Origin: Antedon mediterranea
Lineage: Eukaryota > Animalia > Echinodermata
Reading direction: 5' to 3'
DNA length: 64,000 nucleotides
NCBI RefSeq assembly: GCF_964355755.1
Contig: NC_092674.1
Location: 310,001 to 374,000 of the forward strand
The position numbers were made by a program, and so were the translations under genes. Under the pieces are notes generated by a model. The model was not told where the DNA came from. It did not search any database and saw nothing but the letters and a program-made list of their open reading frames with translations. Below are positions 54,201 through 64,000 of this stretch, one piece after another. Every line of letters starts with the position of its first letter. Position 1 is the stretch's first letter.

Positions 54201-57200
54201 TCTATATTGTGTCTTCCATCACTCTTAGCACGAGGTAATCATTTATTTTGAATTCAATTATCACAAAAATAGGTTCCCTTGCAAAATGGATAATTGAAAT
54301 GAAATGCCTGTGTAATGTAATCATGTAAAGAAGTTCAATTATAAGAAATTGAAATTTTTTATTTCATTTATGGTGGAACAAAAATCAAATATGTATTAGC
54401 TAATAGAAGAAGATGTGTTGACATTCATATCTATTGCTCTATAGAATTTAATCAGAAAATCTTTTGAACTATCCTACAAAAGTTTCTTGAGTACATATTA
54501 AAACAATCTTGGAATTGCTCTATAGACAATTTTAATGCAGAAGACACTCTATTATTATTTTTATTTTTTGTGATACAAAACACTTACCTTAATGGCATGT
54601 ATGAATTTTACAAAATATCATTTTTAAAATATGTAGATATTTTCTATATTTTTCAGTTTATTCTTATTGGAATTTCATGTTTACTGTCTTCGCACATTCT
54701 ACGATGCATCCAGCGCAACCATGATTGGCTGACTGAAGATTCACTGTACTATTCCGGTTTGACAGTCTGTCCAAATAATGCCAAAGTTCATTATAACATT
54801 GCAAAAAGTGCTGTGGATAAAGGGAACATTGAAGAGGCTATTTTCAGGTATCGCAGTGCAATTCAGTTAAGCCCAAATTATGGACATAATGCTATGAACA
54901 ACTTGGCGAATATTTTAAAAGACAGAGGTGAGATGACTGAGGCGGAGCTGCTGCTAAAGAGTGCTGTTGAAATAAGGTAACAACTATTATTAACTAGACT
55001 ACAACTACAATGTTTTAATCATAATGAATGTGACTTTTCCCAATCTTAGTTAAATGCTGATTTCTTCATTTTCCTAAATTGCTACATTGAAAATATTTAA
55101 GTTGGAACTCACCACTACATTACATATTGACACATTATTTTTAAGGTGAAAATATTGGATATCCTTTGTTTTTATACTTGATACAATTAAAACCCCTTGT
55201 AGATTTGTAAATCAAAGAATAAAGGAAGTCTGTTAGCTGTAAATATTGGGACAGGTATAAGCAGGTGTGTTAGCTGGAACATCATTTAGAAAGTGATTCA
55301 GTTTAAAATTCCCCCGAGGTCTATATGTGTCGGTGACAAATTTGCTTATAATTGTTGTTGTTTTTTGTATTTCACCACTATAGTTCAAAAGTATGAGAAC
55401 CCCACAAGACAATAACTATCCTATTTAACCAAGTGTTTTTATTTTATTTTAGTTATAGTATCTTTTCCACCAAGATACAGCAGCAGCGGCACATTGCACA
55501 TATTAATTGTAAATTCAGAATAGATTCAAGGTATGCTGTTTATTTTTACAGGCCTGAGTTTGCAGCAGCTTGGATGAACCTCGGTATTTTACAAGCTGCA
55601 CTGAAGAAGTACGACCAAGCTGAAACCAGTTATCTTACAGCTCTAATGCATCGACGAAAATACCCTGACTGTTATTTTAATCTGGGAAATCTGGTAAGTG
55701 TGTCTATGGTATTAGATTCAGAATTGTGAATAGTGAAAATGATCTTGTTAGGTGTACTACGAACTATCTGTTACGATATTCAAATCTCTTCACTAAGGGG
55801 GAAAAAATCCTATTTTAGTGTGATTTTCCATTTTGCATTAATTTTTTTTTTATATATGGAATATTTATTCTGAAATAAAGTATTCAATTCAATTCAATAA
55901 CAGTTTCAGCGGCAGCTGGAGGGACATCAGTCTGCAATCCCACAGCATAGTCATTTTTTAGCAATTTACCTTTGGATTTATATATATCTATTTCTCTAAC
56001 TTCTGAAAAATTTAAAATATATACAGTATTAAATTCAAATCCTAGAAATAAAAATGTATAATACAGTATAAGGCATATAATAATAACTTCACTGAAGAAA
56101 TATAACTATTTAATATTAGAAAATTCCGATCACATAACTAATACCCAAGATCAAAATCCACATAATTCTGCTTTCATTTCAAATTATGGGTCAGCTGGTT
56201 TAGTTCAGTGAGATATTATGTAATCAATATTCCATTGCACATGTAAATTCACAGAAAAAATAGTTAAAACTCATAACATATCTCAATCTCTTAAATCAGT
56301 TGATACTCAAATTCTATCTGAACATTTTTTAACAGGTGCAATTTTTTGTTTCAGAGATATCAGAATGAATAAATGGCTTATACAAAATATATATACATAC
56401 ATTAATCTTTTCGTAGTCGTTTGCTGAAATAAAAATAAATATGAAATTTACATTTTTCTGTTTGCAATTGCAAGTATTAGATAAATTTGTTGATGCATTT
56501 ACTTGTTATTATAAACTGAATTTTATCTATTGTAACTCTGTTTATTTTAGATAGTAGTAGTCAACTCAAATCAGACACCATTGGGGTGGGTCCATTGGGG
56601 TGGGTCCATTGGGGTGGGTCCATTGGGGTGGGTCCATGTTGTTTCGTTTCCTGTACAAATTCAGTCACTTCTTCATCAAACATTATAAACAGAATTTAGG
56701 CCTTTAGTATCCACTGACTGTTTTCTGGGTTAGGTGACTTTTATGTATGACGTACATTATAAAAAATCATATTTACTGTATGACATTATTATTCAACACA
56801 TGTTTCATTATTTACCATCTGCAATAAAATTAATCTAATTCCAATTGAAAATCTATAAATCCCTTAGAGTAGTTAGTATGTAGATATTTCATGCTTTTCA
56901 TTATACATTATTCATTGGCTCCTAGTAGCAATCCCTTTCAGGCACCCATCCATTAACTAACGGATACTAGGTTAATTATCAACTATTTTTCTTATTATAA
57001 AAATGTTTAAAGTTTTTATCATCACTCAACAGTTATTGTTACAAATGATGCACCAGCGTTTTGGCAATTTATTGTGTTAATCTCAGAAGAGCTCTAATTT
57101 ACACAGAATGGTGTCTCCTTGCATACAAAATTGCATAAAATATGTTCTGTGTGTATTCTAAATCGTGATTACATTTTATGACTCGGATTTTGTAGTGTGT

Positions 57201-60200
57201 GCTTTTATATTTTTCACTAGTGCTTTTTTGAGCAAAACTATCATAAATTTAAGCACTTGCACTTAGATATATAAGCTCCTCTAAGAACTGTTTTCCATTT
57301 TTTTTTATGGATCTCACTTTTGCAGTGATTTTTGTTCTACTACTTACACTACTATTATTACTACTCAAAGCTAAATTATTATATTTTACTACTATGAAAA
57401 TTGTTTCATTAAATTTGCAATTTTTTTAAATGACACATTATCATATCAAACCTATATGACGTATAAACCATTACTACTTGCATACAAACCATTTTTATCA
57501 TTTTTTTTCTAAATCATTATTAATCTGATCATTGTGCATGATGTTTATCCTCCTTGCTCCTCAATGCTTGGATAGTTCCTCGATCTGCATCGTCATGACG
57601 ACGCGTTACAAGCATGGCTCAATGCGTCATCTCTTCAGCAAGATCATGCTCAGGCTTGGAGTAACACAATACTACTGCTTGACAATCTAGGTAAGACCGC
57701 CCTCTCTCAACATCCTTCTCAAACTTATTGGATCCTGTTTATGTGTGTCTCTGTACTGTTTTATGTTTTTCTTGAACGTGATGGCGTCTAAACACACCCA
57801 TAAATTCTATCCAAACATTCTGCTGTCATTGATAACATAAAGGCCTGAATTACTTTCAAATACAAAATTATTTATTAGATTTTTTCTTTATTCTCCTTCC
57901 AAACAATACCCCAAACCAGGTTCATGTATTGTTGTAGGCCTACCTTAAAATAAAAGACTGAAAATATTAAAATTGTGTTACTACTGTAAATTTGTTTTTG
58001 CAGTAAAGTTCAGTAACAATTTATTAATAATCATAAAACAAACATCTGCGATAGTTTTCTAATAAACATTCTAATCTTCAACCAAAACACTACAAATTTA
58101 CACCATTTGATCTAAACTATAATATTCACTCTTGATTTGTGTGTGTGTTTGTAATACTGTATTCTACTACTGTATGTTGCTTGAAATGCTATGTCAATAT
58201 GTTCAATAAATCTGTAGGTAGTTTGCTGTGCGGTTGGCTTGTATCCTTGGTATATTCAACTACTGTATCTTTTATCATCCTCCACAAAATGTCACTTAGA
58301 TTATCATGATCACCCATATCCATATCCTCAAGACACTTCCCAAAATGCATTGCACTTGGATAGATAGTTGTGCAATGCATTATGGGTTTTATATTTTAAA
58401 GTTCTTGGCTAAGCGTGAGTTGGATAAAGCCACTGGTGCCTGGCGACAAGCAATCAAACTGGAAGTTGATCATGTTGGAGCATGGCGTAATATTGTTCTT
58501 CTTAAGGAAGAGATTGGTAAGACTTCATGGTGATTATGATGATAACGATGATGATGATAATCAGAATTCATTTAAAAAAGTGTGATATGACATTATTTCT
58601 TCCTTTTTTTGTGTAAAGCAATGGAAATTGAGAAGTTAATGGTCAATTTCAAATTTTAATATTATTATTGTACAAAGTCTTTAAATGCTAAACCAAAAAT
58701 TGAGTAATACTTATGCATATGTTAATTGGTAGTTGTATAATTAAGGTCCTTCTGTGGAACATTTCAGTATAATACAGTAGCCAGATGTTTTAATTTTTAA
58801 AATAAATATGAAATGTGTTATTTTTTTATTGTTGTTTTATTATACAGTAAGGATATTCTTTTAATGCAAAATTAGCAATTTTTTAAAACTAAAGATTGGT
58901 TGTTGGCACAGATCGGTTACAACTTGTAATTTTAGAAATGATTGGAAAATAAAATATGATAAAAGTAAAACTTGCCAAGCAAGGTACCAATATGATTTAT
59001 ATTTCTTTACTCAATTAATGAGAAAAGAAAGCATTAGGCATTAGATGATTGACATTTAGTTTGAGTGGCATGTTTGTGATCACCTGCTAAAACTAATAAA
59101 TCATAAGTGACGTTCTAGATGGAATTCAACTTTAGGAGGTTAATGCTGATGATCTAGATACTTTTATCTTCTTTTCCAGAGGTTTGATGATATTTTTTAT
59201 GGATCTTTCATATAAAATCAAAATCGGTTTAGTATAATATATTTTCACTGCTATAGATTGTGCTTAGATTTGTACAAAAGTTGAATAACAAGCAATTTTC
59301 TAATAGGATATTAACATTTATTTAATTAAAAAAAATAATAGTCTTATTTCTTATAGTACTGTATGTTGTTGTTTGTAATCATAAATGTTTTAATTGTCCA
59401 ATAATTACCTTGATTGACTGAAATAGGTTAGATAATTTGGTGATAATTTAGTTTCACTCTTATCTAAGTTAGTTCCCAAGTGGTACTCAATCCCTTGGTG
59501 TTACGTTATCGCCTGCTGGCCTTCTACAGGAACTGTGGTGTTACGTTATCGCCTGCTGGCCTTCTATAGGAACTGTGAAAACACTTTCCAAATTACTTCC
59601 ATGTATTTAATATAAAAGACTTGTGTTTAAAGTGAAACTTTCCTTCATTTATCAATAGACAGCAGTATCAATAGACAGCAGTATCAATAACCAGCTAGGA
59701 CCACCAATTTGCACTGCAGTGTAAAAACAACAAAATTTAAGTTCTACACACGGTTATGGGTTTCTTAATATTCATTTCTTTTTTGTAGGTCAATTTGAAA
59801 CAGCAGAATCTGTGGCTGAAGAGGCCCTCAAGCACCTGCCCAATGAAGCTTCTATCTATTTTGCATTAGCCAATGTTTATGGAAAATCGTCCAGATATGA
59901 GGTCATTACATTACTGTAAAGCTCTTATTTTACAACCTGTAATATGTGTACAGTGTAAAGCAAACCTGTTTATTATATATTATTATATATTATTATGTTT
60001 TTAAGCCAACTCTCACAAGTCGTTTATTAGCAATCTTAACAAATTATTGTTTTAATTAAAATAATTAGGAACTCATCTCAAATATTAAAAAAGTTATTAC
60101 TTTCAAACATAGTAATAAGGTAGTATTTATTAACTTAATTAGTTTTTAGATTAAAAATGCTTAAATAATGTTTATAGATAAAAGTGAAATCCCACCAGCA

Positions 60201-60558
60201 TTGATCCCAATTGCAACTTAATTGCAATTTATTTATATTTTCAGAGCAAAAGCTAAATTTGACCTCTGTTTTAATTGATTTGATTGGACATATGGTAATA
60301 TTTATTTTTATTGATTGTGCTGTATTATTTGTAATTTTTCAGGATTCAGAAAAGAATTACCAAAAAGCCATATCGCTGAATCCAAACACAGCATTTTACC
60401 ACGGCAATCTTGGTGTACTCTATCATCGCTGGGGAAAGCACAAGAAAGCTGAACAACAGTACAGACTGGCTCTAAGCATTCACCCAGAAACACCAAACAC
60501 ACAAGATAATTTAAGAAAGTTGGAAAATATAAAAGCAAAGCACAAAAATAATTTATGA
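21246..60558 (+). CDS. TMTC4: Protein O-mannosyltransferase TMTC4; exons 21246-21643, 23073-23277, 24149-24236, 49514-49620, 50123-50398, 51788-51990, 53763-53940, 54657-54976, 55552-55693, [57576-57690 or 58402-58516], 59789-59901, 60343-60558; about 786 aa
   Basis: TMTC motifs FVFDD, NDFWG, SHKSYRP, LFAVHPVHTESV, VGRADLL, CKEQG, DNPAS, LCFDWAMG and FFRVGFVIAERVLYLPS, then TPRs. RRKYPDCYFNLG and AW.N.I.LLDN are TMTC4-like by my recollection of the family. All junctions are GT-AG and phase-consistent; total 2361 nt. Probable non-coding first exon ending at 20619. Confidence 0.92.
21725..21868. mobile_element. Tc1/mariner-pogo type MITE
   Basis: TIR CAGTCAACTCTCCCAATACC ... GGTATTGGGAGAGTTGACAG with TA on both flanks. 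Confidence 0.8.
25589..25762. repeat. 27-bp minisatellite (about 6.5 copies), preceded by a degenerate CATGTC-rich tract from about 25270
   Basis: Unit ATGTCTACATGTCATCATGTCCACACC. Confidence 0.92.
27399..28786. repeat. 39-bp minisatellite with 42-bp variants, about 35 copies
   Basis: Unit AAAGTATTTCTCTTCTTGCCCCTTGTCATGTCCATGTTT; some units carry an extra TGT. Confidence 0.97.
29960..30848. repeat. 16-bp tandem repeat interrupted by a MITE
   Basis: Unit AGGTTATTTTTTGTAT at about 29960-30003 and 30602-30848. Confidence 0.92.
30004..30600. mobile_element. ~600-bp non-autonomous Tc1/mariner-pogo type element
   Basis: TIR CCGTATATTTCGGTGTATAAGTCGCAC ... GTGCGAATTATACACCGAAATATACGG, TA TSD, subterminal GGTGCGTCTTATACA repeats. 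Confidence 0.88.
32259..34263 (-). mobile_element. 5'-truncated, frameshifted non-LTR retrotransposon (CR1/L2 group) ORF2 reverse transcriptase
   Basis: Minus-strand motifs KANGPSNIP, VP.QWKTAKVVPMPK, GIPQGTKLGP, YVDD and RPVVEYATPVW...IERVQKRA across broken frames. AATAAA followed by an (AAT)n tail. Candidate 7-bp TSD CTATATT at 32252-32258 and 34264-34270. Confidence 0.92.
36998..38771. mobile_element. 1.77-kb composite non-autonomous DNA transposon (hAT-like ends, 5-bp TSD)
   Basis: Ends CAGGCCCGTATGCAG ... CTGGATACGGGCCTG flanked by CTAAT on both sides. A GC-rich subterminal block occurs twice (about 37030-37110 and 37285-37365). Confidence 0.78.
41382..42125 (+). mobile_element. Helentron-associated (DINE-1/HINE-like) non-autonomous element
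   Basis: T-rich flanks, subterminal inverted repeat AGTCGCGTG ... CACGCGACT, and GTCG/GTCT microsatellite blocks at both ends within a duplicated TAGTTCACTATGTCGGTCGG...GGTATCACTATGCAT core. Confidence 0.75.
45131..45846. mobile_element. Non-autonomous PIF/Harbinger-like element
   Basis: Imperfect TIR GGGCCTGTTCGTAGGGGTTGAAAATA ... TATTTTAACCACCGTACGAACACGACC with TAA on both flanks; CpG-rich interior with a coding-like remnant. Confidence 0.75.
49241..49410. mobile_element. 170-bp MITE with an internal 21-bp tandem repeat
   Basis: TIR AGCTCTGTCT ... AGACAGAGCT; three copies of GTGATATGCCCAAATATGGTA. Confidence 0.75.
53183..53538 (+). mobile_element. tRNA-derived SINE with a Deu/Nin-domain-like core
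   Basis: A box TGGCCGAGCGG, degenerate B box GGCTCGAGGC, central GGATAAGGACTATAAACCG...TAAAGAACC...GAGTAAGGGG..ACCCCGGTGT resembling DeuSINE cores (from memory), A-rich tail. Confidence 0.72.
56579..56637. repeat. 14-bp G-rich tandem repeat, 4 copies
   Basis: (CCATTGGGGTGGGT)x4. Confidence 0.9.
57576..57690 (+). CDS. TMTC4: TMTC4 alternative TPR exon A (canonical-like)
   Basis: 115 nt, phase 0 to 1, TAG acceptor and GTAAGA donor; FLDLHRHDDALQAWLNASSLQQDHAQAWSNTILLLDNL(G). Confidence 0.9.
58402..58516 (+). CDS. TMTC4: TMTC4 alternative TPR exon B (divergent paralogous exon)
   Basis: 115 nt, phase 0 to 1, AAG acceptor and GTAAGA donor; FLAKRELDKATGAWRQAIKLEVDHVGAWRNIVLLKEEI(G). Confidence 0.8.
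59497..59577. repeat. 40-bp tandem duplication
   Basis: GGTGTTACGTTATCGCCTGCTGGCCTTCTA(C/T)AGGAACTGT x2. Confidence 0.9.
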
Positions 60559-62442
60559 AACCATTTGTTAATTTTGTATTTTCAGGGTGATTGGATGAAA
60601 TGATAAATAATTTTTTTAATTTTGAAAGTTTTAGAACTGTATTTTTAAAATTGTTTAATCATTTATGTACTTCAAACTCATATCAATCATGACTTTTGTT
60701 GTTTTTATTTACATTTTATTGATTTATTTTTTCTTTTGTAGAAATAATGCAATTAAATTGTAGAAAATTATTAGCATTTTCAAAAATAATGAATGTCTTG
60801 TAACATAGCTTTGAAGCAATGAATGTCTTGTAACATAGCTTTGAAACAATGCTGTGTGAATCGATGCAATATTTATTAAACAAAGTTTACTAGGATTGAA
60901 AACAGAACATTTAGTATAATAATTAATTTGAATATTTAAATTATAAAAATACCTTATGCCTATCAGAAGAAAGACAAGAACCTTTCAAAACGTGAGTAAG
61001 GGCGTTATCATATATTATATTTTTTTATTGGATTTCAGTGTGATTTTGTTTGTAAGTATTTTACAATAGGGATGTTGGGGTCTGAAATATATAATTAAAA
61101 GTGTGTATTTTATCTTAAATAGAGTAACTAATGTCTATAATGTACATAGAACAGATTAATAATAAATATTTTAACATGTTGTGGATATAAACAAATAGTC
61201 TTTCCATGTGTGAAACGGTAAGTATGTAATAATATTTTAAAGGAACAATTTTAAGATGTGAAAATGATTTTCTATCAAACTGTGATAAATAATATTAAAC
61301 TATATTTATGCAATGAACTAAATGAATTGTATTACACTATTTATAGAAAAATATAAACATATTTGTGACGGTTTGTGTATTGTTGGATGTGGCATAATAA
61401 GGTATACCAAGAGCTAATGCACATAAAAACCTTAAAAATGATGTTTATTAAATTTAAAGTGATTATTCTGCTTTTTAAGGACTGTGTTCATGTTCACTAC
61501 TGTATTATAACAAGAAACGAAATAAAACCCTTTATTTGCCGTTTGTTGGAGGTTCCTACAGTATTAAGTCTATTGTCCTGTATTGTTATGATGCACTGTA
61601 GAAGTGTGCTGCAGCTATAAGTTTATCATTGTACATTCCCTTGTAAAATATTCAACAGATATTATTGTATTGTTATACAAATGTGTGAAAATATATATGC
61701 GAGATATATTTTATATACAGATTGGACATAAGTGTTTATAAGTATATAAAGTTATATGATTTTCTCTCAGCAGGAATATCACAGTGGTCAGGATATTGAG
61801 AATGCATTCAGATGTGAACTTTACAATTTTGTTTTATATACGATTGGAGCTGATAAACCACTTCCATAAAACTTATTTTGACATTTTAACAAATATAATA
61901 TATAATATCAAGTTTATATTTTTTAAACCATTTTCAATTTCTCGTTTTGTCTGTACCTAGAAATAACTATTTGCTCCCAGTCAGGGCCTTAGATAAGTAT
62001 GACAGTATTACTTATGGAGGGCTGTTTTTTTTTTAATAAATGGGTTTATGTGGTGGCTTATAAGTTATTACTAGAGGGCGCTTACTTACGCCTCGTGTGT
62101 ATGAAAGATACAGTAAACAATATAACATGTATGATTGCAATAAACAAAAAGAAAAATGCAAAAAGTGTCCTGCTTTCATTGAGTTGTTAAACAGCACCCC
62201 CAGTTGCAAAATGCCTTTCACTATAATGTAAGTTGTCTTTAGTGTACAGATAGTCATAATGTCTGTCAATTTAAACAAAATGGGTCATGAATTCAATTAA
62301 TTTATTCAAAGCAAAATTTAAGTTACAAAATGTACAATGTATACAATGAGGCTAGAGGGTAAACAAATTACAATTTTTCCTCGCCAAGAATGCTTCTAAA
62401 AGTTTGTTTAATAGAAGAATTAAAATCATATTTTCAAATTCA

Positions 62443-63556
62443 TCAGAAATCAACAGTTGTCATCATTAGTGTTTTATTCTCAATGATATCTTTTAACCAC
62501 CGACCTCTGAACCTAGACTCTCCTGGTTTGTGTACTAATCGATTCATTTCAAAAACGTAAAACACTTCAACGGGAAAATGCTGCCAAAATAAGAAAATAT
62601 ATTACAAAAAACAATTAGTAACAGTCCAGTTATTTGTCATTCCCTGATGCTTCTTAAAATGATTTTGCTTTATACAATACTTCCTTAAAGTTTGTGAATG
62701 TAAGTTAGTTTTAAATAATAGTCCATTGGCCATGTTTTATTGTTAATATTTATTCCTACCTTTGGTTTTAGTTTTGATACTTCAATCGTAAAATAAACAC
62801 ATGCCATTGCTCTTGGGATTGGTTTCCTTCGTGTCGGTATGCTCCATCGCACTTGGTAACGATACTTGACACTATAATCGTCCACATCTTCTCGTAAAAA
62901 GTCAATACAATACAACCAGCTGTCTTCATAATTCCAGGTCTAAACAAAATATTTTTGCAAAGTTTTTTTTGTTAAGAATTCTTTTCTTGCTACAAAGTTT
63001 TTAGTACCTGGATTAGACAATTGAACATATATTGACCAAGTTAATCTCTTTAGCTTAATGTAATGTTATACTGTAGTAGGTAAATGATATGCCACTAATA
63101 CTATGCATCATAGTATTAATTTTTAATGTTTTTTTTTTTAAAAAGGTAACCTACAGCAATACCTACTGTAAGCCTACTGTAGATTGTTATCGCCACATAA
63201 ACAATTTATTTTAATCTTCATACTCAAGTGAAATGCAGTTTGGAGATCAGCTCATGTGTCTTCATAATTGGATGTATCTATTCCCATATACTTACCTGTA
63301 CAAATTCATTAATCTTTTTTTCTCCATTCTCAATATTAAATTCTTCAATAGTCATCCAATGTACATCCTTAATCTTATAATCCTCAGTTTCTCTGTACAG
63401 CAAGGAGCAGTAACTTTGAATAGATGACACTGGTCTACCATCCTCATACTTGTCAACTCCATTCTCTTTTAGTAATCTTTTTCTGGCATTTTCTATCACC
63501 ATGTCAACAAGGGCGTGTGCTTGGCTTTCAAAACTGTCTTTATCATCCGTGTTCAT
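62443..63556 (-). CDS. AKAP14: A-kinase anchor protein 14 (AKAP28 family); exons 63556-63296, 62939-62760, 62580-62443; about 192 aa
   Basis: Amphipathic PKA-binding helix AHALVDMVIENA, W.T..EF, TW....WLYCIDF, YQVRWSIPTRRKPIPRA.ACVYF and HKPGESRFR..WLKDIIE; phase-0 GT-AG introns. Confidence 0.88.
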
Positions 63557-63697
63557 TTTTATTGATAACTTTCAGTCTCAGGATTCTTTGAGTAGGCCCA
63601 GGCTATATGGTTTTTAATCTGTGGAAATAAATATTTTATACATATTTATGTTTATATACTGAAACAAATGTTAGTATAATAAAGTTTAATGGTAATA

Positions 63698-63793
63698 ATT
63701 TAATAATATTCATTGGCTACTCTCCTGTAAAACGGAGGAACAACTTTAATAATATTCATTGGCTACTCTCCTGTAAAACGGAGGAACAACTTT
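63698..63793. repeat. ~46-bp tandem duplication upstream of the AKAP14 coding region
   Basis: TTTAATAATATTCATTGGCTACTCTCCTGTAAAACGGAGGAACAAC x2. Confidence 0.88.
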
Positions 63794-64000
63794 GTAACAA
63801 GAGGTTCAATACATATAATAATAATAATATGTTTACAGAAATACATAGGCCTAGTTACAATATATAGATATAAAAAGATATACACAGGGGCTAATATCTG
63901 TCTAGACTAGTAGCCTAGGCCTAGTAGTAGTGACACTGGCACATTTACTACTCTCTAGCTAGCCAGTATAGGCTACCTCTAGTCTAGCTAGGCCTACTTT

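Noticed and set aside
58241-58248. U12-type donor GTATCCTT between the alternative exons (U2/U12 incompatibility mechanism)
   Set aside because: It is not at an exon boundary, and all flanking donors are U2-type GTAAG.
58339-58386. pre-miRNA hairpin
   Set aside because: The 17-bp stem is too short and matches no miRNA I recognise; kept instead as a candidate splicing structure.

Overview
AT-rich animal genomic DNA with spliceosomal introns, probably an invertebrate deuterostome and possibly an echinoderm (inferred from an ST8Sia-type gene and a Deu-domain-like SINE; not provable here). I reconstructed eight protein-coding genes by hand from splice sites and reading phase. In order: a galactose-3-O-sulfotransferase (+), an alpha-2,8-sialyltransferase-like gene (+), three tandem DGAT2/MOGAT acyltransferases (-), a SOUL/HEBP2 heme-binding protein (+), TMTC4 (+, about 39 kb with one 25.3 kb intron) and AKAP14 (-). 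The long repetitive ORFs in the track are artefacts of 40-, 39- and 27-bp minisatellites. There are several MITEs, a truncated LINE, a SINE and a Helentron-type element. The most notable finding is a pair of homologous 115-nt TMTC4 exons with identical phases that must be mutually exclusive and encode alternative versions of one TPR-type repeat. The second exon is preceded by a dense YCAY (Nova-type) cluster and a 17-bp hairpin whose loop holds two competing AG dinucleotides. All gene models are manual and lack transcript support.
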